Assembly: GCF_009914755.1 (NCBI RefSeq)
Contig: NC_060939.1
From: the human T2T-CHM13v2.0 reference genome, Homo sapiens
Direction: 5' to 3' (one strand)
DNA length: 64,000 bases
Shown: piece after piece, positions 48,361 to 64,000 of the stretch
Numbering within the stretch: position 1 is the stretch's first letter
Layout: every line of letters begins with the position of its first letter
Made by a program: the position numbers and the translations under genes
Notes under the pieces: model-generated
What the model was told of the DNA's origin: nothing
The model's database searches: none
Seen by the model: only the letters and a program-made list of their open reading frames with translations

Positions 48361-49266
48361 GGGGGAGGAGCCAAGATGGCCGAATAGGAACAGCTCTGGT
48401 CTACAGCTCCCAGCGTGAGCGACGCAGAAGACGTGTGATTTCTGCATTTCCATCTGAGGTACCGGGATCATCTCACTATGGAGCGCCAGACAGTGGGCGC
48501 AGGTCAGTGGGTGCGCACACCGTGCGCGAGGCAAAGCAGGGTGAGGCATTGCCTCACTTGGGAAGCGCAAGGGGTCAGGCAGTTCCCTTTCCTAGTCAAA
48601 GAAACGGGTGACGGACGCACCTGGAAAATCGGGTCACTCCCACCCGAATATTGCGCTTTTCGGACCGGTTTAAAAAACGGCGCACCACGAGATTATATCC
48701 TGCACCTGGCTCGGAGGGTCCTACGCCCACGGAGTCTCACTGATTGCTAGCACAGCAGTCTGAGATCAAACTGCAAGGCGGCAGTGAGGCTGGGGGAGGG
48801 GCGCCCGCCATTGCCCAGGCTTGCTTAGGTAAACAAAGCAGCCTGGAAGCTCGAACTGGGTGGAGCCCACCACAGCTCAAGGAGGCCTGCCTGCCTCTGT
48901 AGGCTCCACCTCTGGGGGCAGGGCACAGACAAACAAAAAGACAGCAGTAACCTCTGCAGACTTAAATGTCCCTGTCTGACAGCTTTGAAGAGAGCAGTGG
49001 TTCTCCCAGCATGCAGCTGGAGATCTGAGAACGGGCAGACTGCCTCCTCAAGTGGGTCCCTGACCCCTGACCCCCGAGCAGCCTAACTGGGAGGCACCCC
49101 CCAGCAGGGGCACACTGACACCTCACATGGCAGGGTATTCCAACAGACCTGCAGCTGAGGGTCCTGTCTGTTAGCAGGAAAACTGACAAACAGAAAGGAC
49201 ATCCACACCAAAAACCCATCTGTACATCACCATCATCAAAGACCAAAAGTAGATAAAACCACAAAG
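48361..49266 (+). promoter_or_regulatory. L1 5'UTR CpG-rich sense/antisense internal promoter with intact YY1 site
   Basis: CAAGATGGCCG at ~48372-48382; many retained CpGs. Confidence 0.8.
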
Positions 49267-50283
49267 ATGGGGAAAAAACAGAACAGAAAAACGGGAAACT
49301 CTAAAACGCAGAGCGCCTCTCCTCCTCCAAAGGAACGCAGTTCCTCACCAGCAACGGAACAAAGCTGGATGGAGAATGACTTTGACGAGCTGAGAGAAGA
49401 AGGCTTCAGACGATCAAATTACTCTCAGCTACAGGAGGACATTCAAACCAAAGGCAAAGAAGTTGAAAACTTTGAAAAAAATTTAGAAGAATGTATAACT
49501 AGAATAACCAATACAGAGAAGTGCTTAAAGGAGCTGACGGAGCTGAAAACCAAGGCTCGAGAACTACGTGAAGAATGCAGAAGCCTCAGGAGCCGATGCG
49601 ATCAACTGGAAGAAAGGGTATCAGCAATGGAAGATGAAATGAATGAAATGAAGAGAGAAGGGAAGTTTAGAGAAAAAAGAATAAAAAGAAATGAGCAAAG
49701 CCTCCAAGAAATATGGGACTATGTGAAAAGACCAAATCTACGTCTGATTGGTGTACCTGAAAGTGATGGGGAGAATGGAACCAAGTTGGAAAACACTCTG
49801 CAGGATATTATCCAGGAGAACTTCCCCAATCTAGCAAGGCAGGCCAACGTTCACATTCAGGAAATACAGAGAACGCCACAGAGATACTCCTCGAGAAGAG
49901 CAACTCCAAGACACATAATTATCAGATTCACCAAAGTTGAAATGAAGGAAAAAATGTTAAGGGCAGCCAGAGAGAAAGGTCGGGTTACCCTCAAAGGGAA
50001 GCCCATCAGACTAACAGCGGATCTCTTGGCAGAAACCCTACAAGCCAGAAGAGAGTGGGGGCCAATATTCAACATTCTTAAAGAAAAGAATTGTCAACCC
50101 AGAATTTCATATCCAGCCAAACTAAGCTTCATAAGTGAAGGAGAAATAAAATACTTTACAGACAAGCAAATGCTGAGAGATTTTGTTACCACCAGGCCTG
50201 CCCTAAAAGAGCTCCTGAAGGAAGCGCTAAACATGGAAAGGAACAACTGGTACCAGCCGCTGCAAAATCATGCCAAAATGTAA
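49267..50283 (+). CDS. L1 ORF1p, full-length intact 338 aa (RNA-binding chaperone)
   Basis: Complete ORF MGKKQ...QNHAKM with REKG, RR261-262 and YPAKLS motifs. Confidence 0.93.
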   Translation: MGKKQNRKTGNSKTQSASPPPKERSSSPATEQSWMENDFDELREEGFRRSNYSQLQEDIQTKGKEVENFEKNLEECITRITNTEKCLKELTELKTKARELREECRSLRSRCDQLEERVSAMEDEMNEMKREGKFREKRIKRNEQSLQEIWDYVKRPNLRLIGVPESDGENGTKLENTLQDIIQENFPNLARQANVHIQEIQRTPQRYSSRRATPRHIIIRFTKVEMKEKMLRAAREKGRVTLKGKPIRLTADLLAETLQARREWGPIFNILKEKNCQPRISYPAKLSFISEGEIKYFTDKQMLRDFVTTRPALKELLKEALNMERNNWYQPLQNHAKM

Positions 50284-50319
50284 AGACCATCGAGACTAGG
50301 AAGAAACTGCATCAACTAA

Positions 50320-54172
<3,853 letters not shown>

Positions 54173-54654
54173 ACAATGAGATCACATGGACACAGGAAGG
54201 GGAATATCACACTCTGGGGACTGTGGTGGGGTGGGGGGAGGGGGGAGGGATAGCATTGGGAGATATACCTAATGCTAGATGACGAGTTAGTGGGTGCAGC
54301 GCACCAGCATGGCACATGTATACATATGTAACTAACCTGCACAATGTGCACATGTACCCTAAAACTTAAAGTATAATTAAAAAAAAAATTAAAAAAAAAA
54401 AGAAAATCTAGTGATATAATTTAAATATAAATTTACACTTGAGAATGGTTTAAGACCTCTTCTACTCAGAGCAAGAGAGAAAAGAAACAAAGATCATCAC
54501 ACAGTTGAAAAGCTTGAGAAAAGAAGGCCAAGGATGAAAAAGCCAATTCTCTGATTTCATTTTTCTCCCATGTTGGCAAAATGGGAAAAAAAACAGATCC
54601 ACTGTAGTCAAACATGGAAAAATGGTTAACCTCATACTCTAATGAGTGTGTGTA

Positions 54655-54973
54655 CAGTCATATATCCCTTAATGATGGGGATATGTGTTGAGAAATGCAT
54701 CATTAGGTGATTTCGTCATGTGAACATCATAGAGTGTATTACACAAACATAGAAGGAATAGCTTACTACACACCTAGGCTGTATGGAATAGCCTATTTTC
54801 CTAGGCTACAAACCTGTACAGCATGTTACTGTAATGTTGGCAACTGTAGCACAATGGTAAGTATTTGTATATCTAAACATAGAAAAGATACAGAAAAAAA
54901 CACATATTAAAATCTTAGGACCACTATATGTAGCCTGTCATTGATTGAAACATCATTATGCAGCTAATGCATG
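54655..54973 (+). mobile_element. Tigger3a (GOLEM_A)-type DNA transposon
   Basis: 'ta|cagtcat...gagaaatgcatcattaggtgatttcgtc...cctaggctacaaacctgtacagcatgttactgta'. Confidence 0.85.
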
Positions 54974-55087
54974 TACACTGGTATAGTCCTCATAAAATAA
55001 AATTAGCAGTTATCTATCAAAATTTAAAATATGTGTACCCTATTGACTCAGCCATTCAACTAAAGACTCTATCCTAAAGAAATATTT

Positions 55088-55750
55088 AAAAAATAGATGC
55101 TAGTGATATTGTGGTGAAAAATGAACGCTTATGCACTGTTGGTGGGAGTTTAAATTAGTTCAACCATTGTGGAAAACAGTGTGATGACTCCTCAAAGACC
55201 TAAAGACAGAAATTCCATTTGATCCAGCAATCCCATTACTGTATATACACCCGAAGGAATATAATTCATTCTACTATAAAGACACATACACTCATATATT
55301 TATTACAGCACTATTCACAATAGCAAAGACATGGAATAAACGTAAGTGTCCATCAATAATAAATTGGATAAAGAAAATGTGGTACATATACACCATGGAA
55401 TACTATGCAGCCATAAAAAGAATGAGATCATGTCCTTTGCAGGAACATGGATGGAGCTGGAGGCTATTGTCTTTAGCAAATTAACAGAGGAACAGAAAAC
55501 CAAACACCACATGTCCTCACTTCTAAGTGGGAACTAAATGATGAGAACACATGGACACATACAGGAGAACAGCACACACTGGGGCCTATTGGAGGGTCGA
55601 GGGTGAGAGGAGGGAGAGGATCAGGAAAAATAACTAATGGGTACTAGGCTTAATACCATCATGATGAAATAATCTGTAAAACAAATCCCTATGACACAAC
55701 TTTACGGATGTAACAAACCTGCACATGTACCCCTGAATTCTATTTAAAAA
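55088..55750 (+). mobile_element. 5'-truncated L1PA13-16-like 3' end
   Basis: 'ggatcaggaaaaataactaatgggtactaggcttaatac...acctgcacatgtacccctgaa'. Confidence 0.88.
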
Positions 55751-55843
55751 AATAGAATTTTTAACAGAATTTTAAAAATAGAAATTTTAAATAGAATTAG
55801 TCCCAATTCTATTTTTAAAAAACCCTCTCCTTTAGTGTGTATA

Positions 55844-56226
<383 letters not shown>

Positions 56227-56435
56227 GGGATACATGTGCAGGTTTGTTACACACTAACCTTTAATTATAGTTACCTCTGGATATAGCAGTGGGATCAATT
56301 GAGAGGGTAGGGTATAAACAGGAATTTTCACATATTAACATCTCTATTGATTGGATTATACTGCTAAAAGCATGTATTACTGTTACAATTTCAAATAAAG
56401 CAATACAAATTAATGTAATAAGAATTTCAGGTCCC

Positions 56436-56655
56436 ACAGGGAGGGGAACAACACCCACCAGGGCCTGTCGGGGGGTGGGGGACCAGAGGAGGGAGAGCAT
56501 TAAGACAAATACCTAAGGCATGTGGGGCTTAAATCCTAGATGATGGGTTGATAGGTGCAGCAAACCACCATGGCACATGTATGCCTACGTAACAAACCTG
56601 CACATTCTGCACATGTATCCTGGAACTTAGAGTAAAATTTTAAAAAATTTTTAAA
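56436..56655 (+). mobile_element. L1PA8-like 3'UTR fragment
   Basis: 'gggagagcattaagacaaatacctaa...gggttgataggtgcagcaaaccacc'; perfect 16-bp TSD AAGAATTTCAGGTCCC (56420-56435, 56656-56671). Confidence 0.9.
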
Positions 56656-57536
56656 AAGAATTTCAGGTCCCTGAGAAGGAGCTGTTCTTGGAAACTGTGT
56701 CTACAATGTTTCATTAGCCTCTACCCCACCTAGACAGGCTAAGAGAAGGTGGCTGTTGGAAGTACTGCTCATGTGTCAGTGTTATCTGGGGAGACTTTGT
56801 ATCTTCAGGAGAACCAATCAGGCCCAGTACCTTACAACTGAACCACTTCTGTTTACTAAAGGCAATGAAAAATAGTTTATCTCCTTTTCAGACCTTTCAG
56901 TAGTCAAAGTTAGTAAGTACATAGTCAAGGCCTCCTATTTGAAAAACAGCACAGGCCAGGAGGTTCCCACAGCCCCAATCCTGGAATAGACTTGGAGACC
57001 CTCCTTTGGAGATGTTAACTTTCCTCTGCCCATCCGAGCCTGTTGGAAAATGGAACCCCAACATGAACTGGGTGGTCTCTCCTGAGTCCTTTATTGTCAA
57101 CTTCAAGTGTGTTCTGGAGTGTGGCCTATAACCTCAATGATAGATATAAAGCCAGACCAAAACATGTGGAGACTGCTAATTTGTCAGCTTTCAGAAATAA
57201 TATTCTTTAAACATTTATTTTACATGTGTTTATGTGGAGTCTGAACACTGCAGGGGAAAGATAGAGAAGTCTGTGGTTGGCTGACTACAAACAGGGTCAT
57301 CTCTATTATTCCGAGTACTTCAGTGCTAACTGAAGTACAGATCACTCAGCAAAACAAAAGCCCTCCAGCAACAATGGCTGCTCTCCAGATAAGATGGTAA
57401 ATGAGCTTGCTTCTGAAGAGTCTACCTCCAAATCTGCATAGCTCATGACAGTAGTTATTCCAACCACACTTGTTACTCTCCTTGAATGGACTCTAGTAAG
57501 CGCAATTTTCTCTATCTCTGTCACATACTCCACAAT

Positions 57537-58113
57537 TGCATTCATTTTCCGTTACTGCATAACAAATTATCACAAACTCATAAGCTTAAAATGACATATA
57601 CTTATTATCTCACAGGTTTCTGTAGGTTGGAAATCTAAGCACAGCTTAATTGGATTCTCTGTTTCAGAGTGTTTCATCAGGTGGCAACCCAGGTGTCAGC
57701 TAGGGCTCGGGTCTCATCAGAGGCTGGACTGGGGAAAGATCCACTTCCAAGTTTCCTCAAGTTGTTAGCAGAATTCATCTTATGGCTGTAGGACTGGGAT
57801 GTCTTGATTTCTTGCTCGCTGTCAGTCATGGGTCTTTCTCATGTCCTTGACACTGCTTGCAGCTCCCTGCCATGTGGTGCCTTCCCATAGGCCTTCTCAC
57901 AAACATGGCAGCTTACTCATTCAAAGCTACAATGGAGAGTCTCTCTTGTATTAATGTTCACACGCACACATACATAGCGTAATGGCAGGAATGACATCTC
58001 ATGATTTTGACCATATTTTATTGGTTAGAGGCAAGTGACAGGTCCCACCCACATTCAATGGGAAGTGACTATAGACTTGAACATTGGGGCCACCCTAGGG
58101 TCTATCTGCCACA
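57537..58113 (-). mobile_element. MLT1E/F-type LTR
   Basis: 'ctgcataacaaattatcacaaact...ggactggggaaagatccacttccaag...tctgccaca'. Confidence 0.75.
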
Positions 58114-60779
58114 GTGGTGTTATTTTAGTACCCCTTACAGATCACTACTCCAGGAACCGATTGAGTGGTCTGCTCCTTAATCTTTCTCCTAAGGGACAAA
58201 AAAAAAAAAATCAGGAGTAAATTATTCTCTGCCTAAATTCATGACAACTTCTTCTTTCATTCCTTGGGAGATTAATGTGTTCACTTAAAAATGAGAATGG
58301 GTTTTCAAGTTTTATACAATTTAAGTGTTTTAGTAAAGACAAGTATTTGGGTATTATTTCTTGACCTTTGCTTCTGAGCAGTTGCTGTTAATATTTATCT
58401 AAAGTCAATTCAACTGTGCGTTTCCCAGTTTCCATTGAAGGGTGAAACTCATTCATCTCAGTGCATTTGATACTATTGTAAATGAAATCCCTGGAAAAGC
58501 AGCATGATGTGGTAAGCCATCCATTAGACCTTAATTTTACTTAAAATCATGGGCTACAAAGTATCATGCTTCAATTTTAAAAAGTGATAGCTGTGAAAAA
58601 CAATCTTGATAGTGATCCCTAGAGGAATGAATGAGTATGCACCCTTGATTTTGGCATCCTCTCAAGAGAAGAAAGTTTTTAAGTGAGGAGGCAGGATGAC
58701 TAATGTTTCCATGGGTAAAAAGATCATTTATTTCCATACAAATAAAAAGCCACTTGGCTCTCAACAAAGATCAGGAGATTGAAATTGAAGAAAACAAAAT
58801 GAATAAACATGGAAAGGATATCTGGGGTCAAAAAAGAATAACACTGTTCCCCAAATTGCAAAGACAAATAAACTTAAAAATAGAAACATGACACTTTAAA
58901 GAGCAAATCTTACTTATCCAAAGGAAGCAAAGACTCAGGAGGGGGACCTAATAGGAGATCTATTAGAGCATAGCAGAGACCTCATTGCTGTGTCATTTTT
59001 TAATGTTTTTGGAGTGGTAGCCTAAAATATGTGGTGGCATTGCCCCCTTCTCTTGCTGTGACATTGCCTCCCCTTTATTATACACCACTCTCTCCCCTTG
59101 GAGACTAAAGGGGAGTAGGTTGGTCAATAGCTGCATTTGCCAACATCAGTTCACTCCCTGAGGCTACTCACAGCACTAGCTTTGTCTTAATTGATAGCCC
59201 CATGGTTACCACCTCAAGGCCCTGCCTCTCCAAGCTCCAGAGGGATTTATTTGATGGTTCTGACAAGGGAGTTGTCCATTTCACATTCGTTGCACCACTG
59301 TGCTGTTGGAGTTTCTTTATAGGTTGCAGAAAGTACCAAACAAGAAATTCCTCAAAGTGTCTGTACAGTTTTTGTGACACTCTTTCCTATTTTCCAACTT
59401 TTATATAGATTTTGCCCTATATAACTTCTTTGTTTATTACAATAGAAATATGAAAGTATAGGGAAAGAAAGATTAGTTCAAATCACCATCTTGAACTAGA
59501 CATTGCAGATTCTTTTCACATCCACACTCTATTTTTAACTATTTATCCTTGAATGACAAAAGGAAATATCTACCTTTGACTGATTTTCCCAGAAATCTTG
59601 TAGAAGATACTTATTGAGTGAGCCCACACTTTATGGCTTGCTGTTAGCTTGTGCCACCTAGGACCTTTAAGACCAGCAATGTTTCAATCTGAAGCATACG
59701 GGCAGGTACTAGCCAAGGGAGGACCTTGATCTGCAATTAATCTTACTTCACTGTGAGCTGAAGGACAGTTTTCCATACGGGAATGGCTTCTTACCTTCAC
59801 CTCCACACCAGGTGTGTTGTGTGGTCATACTGAGTCTCTCTCCTGGTGCTTTGCCTGTCAAGTTGAGTGAGTGTCCCTTGATCTTAAAAAGGCAAGGAGC
59901 TATCTACATAGGCAGGAAATCTGGTTCAGGAAAACAAATCTCTGTGGGATGCACACTGTTCGATAGGGGATGACCTGTCCCAGAAATGCATGATGCTGCC
60001 CACTGGTGTTCTCTGCCTGGCAGTAGTGGCTCTCCAGGCCACAGCACTTATACTTCTATGCAATGATCCAACAGATCCCCTAGTCTTAGTCCCATCCCTG
60101 CCACACAACAAAGAGGGTCATCTCAGGTTGGTAAAGACATGATTCATTCTCAAGAAATAACAGAGCTGAACTTTTTTACGACAGTAATATTGGTTAAAAA
60201 TTGAAAAACTGTTAGGAGAAAAAGGAAAAAATAGAAATGTAATTATAATGAGTTACTTAAATCTGCCAATTTCAGTATATGAGAACATGCAGGCAAAAAT
60301 AAACAAAAAAGAAGAAGGAAGAATTTAAACAATAAGTTACCAAAGTAGAATTAATAGACATAGATGGAAATGTACACTTTTAAAGCAGACAACACACATT
60401 CTATTCCAGGATGTAGAGGGAGCTTAAGGATTTTATTTTGATCACAAAATAAATTTCAATATATTTAAGAAGCAGAAATAATAGATATCACATTCTTTAA
60501 TAACAAGTAATAAAGGGATGCTGTTAATAAAAAATTAGGCAGAAAATCAACTGTTATCATTTATAAACAGAAAAATTCTATTAAAAGGTATTACTTTTTT
60601 CTGATTCTAGGAAACCATCAAATGTAAAACCAACCACTATTTTAATAACAGATTTGTGACGACTGTTATGACAAGCTAATTAATTGTACTTATTCTTGCA
60701 TTTTATGTAGACTTAGGTTATATGTTGATGTTAAATTTTTTTAGTTGACTTAAACACTGGAATTCTGATATATTCTCCT

Positions 60780-61108
60780 GTTTTTTAAATTGTGAGAAAA
60801 TACACATAAAATAAATTTGCTAATTTAACCATTTTTAAGCGTCCAGTCCAGTAGTATTAAGTACATTCACAGTGTTGCATATCCAATCTCCAGAACTCTT
60901 TTTTATCTTGCAAAACTGAAACTCTATACCCAATTAAACAGGAACTCTCCATTCCGCCTCCCTCCATCCCCTGGAAACCACCATTCTACTTTATGTCTCT
61001 ATGATTTTCACTGCTCTAAATACCTCATATAAGTGGAATCATACAGTATTTGTCTTTTTGTGATTGACTTATTTCACTTAGCATAATGTCCTCTAGGTGC
61101 ATCCATGG
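60780..61108 (-). mobile_element. L1MB-type 3' end
   Basis: 'ttaaattgtgagaaaatacacataa...aaactgaaactctatacc...tacctcatataagtggaatcatacag'. Confidence 0.85.
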
Positions 61109-61298
61109 ATGTTAAATACATTTTGAAAATGTCTTGCAATGACATTCTTCTTACATTATCTATTATTGTTTTTCTTATGTTATCTATTCTTATATATTTA
61201 TTAATAGATTCCTAATAATCTAACTTCCATTGGTAGGTTAATTCCTGTTCAGGCACAATATTCTTTTACCAATAAAGTGATATTGAATTCAGAACGTG

Positions 61299-61328
61299 AA
61301 AAAAAAAAAAAAATATATATATATATAT
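61299..61328. repeat. (A)n(TA)n tract
   Basis: Directly visible. Confidence 0.9.
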
Positions 61329-62903
61329 GTATGAATGTTATGAATCTCCTTAGCCATAGGTTTCCTCTGGTTGTACTCTTTGATAGAAATTGGCTTCAAA
61401 GTTAAGCTTATTTTCTAACTGGGCAGATGTCCATATTTTTTAATACTCTGGAGGAGTTAATTCTGTTTTATATAATCTCTTCCTAGGACATGTGTTATCC
61501 TTTTCCAGATTTGTTTATTTCTAATTTTGTCTCCATTCATTATTATTGTCTTTCCTCATGTCTGTTTTCTTGTTCTTTCACTTTCCTAGAGGGCTTATTT
61601 TTTTTTGTCTTAGTAAAAAACCAGAACATTTAGGGTTTTGTTTTTTCTCGTGGAAATTTGGTACTCTTCCCATAGGTTTTCATATGTAATAGTCTCATTT
61701 TCATAATCACTTATTAATGTGTATTTGATTTCCTCCTTAACGTCTTATAACTTTTTCATCTTAAGAGGCCCATTTTCTCATGTTTTAACGTTTTCGAAAT
61801 TGGTTTGTGACTGAAATATAAAAGACCCAGAATAAATATGAGCAAATAAATTAACATCTGTTCAATTTAACTGGTGGATGCATGGAATCTGTTAAATCTT
61901 TATATATATATACATATTATAATTAAAATAATTTCAGTGTATGCTTTTAAAAAGGATAAGCTCTAGTGAGATATGGAAAGAAATAGAGAAGAAAAAATAT
62001 AACCCAATGCATTATTTTCACTGATGAAGAACTGAGGTCATTTTAGAGGAAATTACTGGTCACAGAGCTTGAATAGTTTTAGGCAATCACTTTAGGGGCA
62101 AGCTGGATGTGGAGCATGCCCTCTGAAGTGAATGGCCCTCCAAGGACTAAGGAAGGAGAAGAGGGGCAGGGACTGGCTGAGATGAGCCACCAGTACCCGT
62201 GTTCTTCACAGAGCTGTAGGCACTCCCCTAGTAGTCTTTAAATTGATACAAAAATCTAAAAATACCTCCTTATCAGGCTTCCCATGGTATCCGGAATATC
62301 CCTCATTATTCATTTCTTTGGACTAAGACATTGGAAGATACTAGGAGACTAAATCCTTGGGAAAGTTAACACCTTAATCTGGTATCATCTTTAATACTTT
62401 GGCCTCAATTTAATCCCTAAGTTTGACTGCTGGTCGTCATTCAGGATCCTGATTAAATAAGACACAGAAAGGTGCACTTTTCAGGGGGAAATGATGGGTA
62501 GGAAAGTCCACTACATTCAAATCTACCCAAATGCACAGGGTCAGTTAAGGACTGATGGTAAGTGGTGGGTCTCGGCGGTGGGATGGTGTGGTGAGATGAG
62601 CAGGCCATTAAAGCCAGGCTTTTGCCATGTCACGTGATTGCCCAGGCTGGGATGTGTGAAAGCACGCCTCCTTCAGGGTCAGATTTCACTGCATCTGAGC
62701 ATGTGACCAGCACTGAGATATCTGTAAGACCCTGTTCTGTTCTCCAAATCTACAGAAAACCCCTTATTGACCAAATGGTAATTTGTTCACTTTTAAAATA
62801 CCAGGGTTAGAATAAGTAGCTTAAAAGTAACCTATCATAGAATACTTAGTTGAAATGACACCTAAATGGCTTTCTCAATTTACTTTCTGGAGATTAAAAA
62901 TAA

Positions 62904-63237
<334 letters not shown>

Positions 63238-63562
63238 TGGAGATACTTTTTGTTTAAATTTATAATAGATTTAATTTGCTGAAGTCATGATTTTATTTTA
63301 TTTCTTATTTCAACAGTAGAAATTTAAAAATAAGCATGATCAGACATGTATATATCAAAAATGGCAAACTACTAAAACCTCAAGTCAATGAAAAGTTTTT
63401 GAAACTTAATCTAATGCAACTGGTGTTTTGTTTGGGTGTTAAGCATCAGAACTCCTTTATTAAGACGAAGTCTTATGGAGAAGCTAGTATGCAAAAGAGT
63501 AAAGAACAGAGCTGCACTAGTTGAAGGTCCAGAAGGGGAACTAGAGGCAGCCCATTTGGGCC

Positions 63563-63975
63563 TCTATTAATCAGCTTTTCCTACAATAGTGCTGTGTAAC
63601 AACGAACCCCAAAGTTTTAACACCTTATAACCACATATATTTATTTTTTGCTCACAGGTCTGTGGGATGGTTGCCTTGGCTCTGTTCCAGGCTGGGAGAT
63701 CGGTTTAGTTCTGCCCACAAATATTCTCATTGTAGGACCAGACTAAAGGGGCACTTGATGCTCTTATAGCAGGCAGCAGGGGTGCAAGAGGTTAAAGTGG
63801 AAACATAAATCACCTTTCAAAGCATCTGCTCAGAATTGGCATACTGTCACTTCCACACAAATGTCATTGAGCAAAGCAAATCATATGGCCATTCCCTGCA
63901 TCTGTGGAGTGGGAATGTGAACTCCTCCTATGGAAAGAGGGGTAGAGCACTTGCTGATTGAAATATTATCCACCA
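63563..63975 (-). mobile_element. MLT1H-type LTR
   Basis: 'tattaatcagcttttcc...gctgtgtaacaa...tactgtcacttccac...aaagcaaatcatatggcc'. Confidence 0.7.
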
Positions 63976-64000
63976 TTTACCTCTTTCCTTCTTCCCCTCA

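Overview
Human genomic DNA (it carries a human-specific AluYb9-type element), AT-rich and dominated by transposable elements. I recognise no cellular protein-coding gene. The long ORFs belong to two full-length, same-orientation L1PA2-type LINE-1s (15238-21265 and 48361-54402). These two share at least seven non-consensus substitutions and have complementary lesions: copy 1 has an intact ORF0 but a destroyed YY1 site and broken ORF1, and copy 2 has an intact 338-aa ORF1, a stop in ORF0 and only two 1-bp deletions in ORF2. Between them lies a ~3.3-kb SATR1/SATR2-type satellite (~74-bp unit built from nested dyads). It runs as inverted block, AT-rich core, long forward block, short inverted block, and is fused without a TSD to a truncated L1PA4/5. 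The rest is nested old LINE/LTR/DNA-transposon debris, six Alus (two very young), microsatellites and several templated-insertion repair scars. Subfamily calls rest on consensus sequences recalled from memory, not on a RepeatMasker run, and the boundaries of old elements are approximate.
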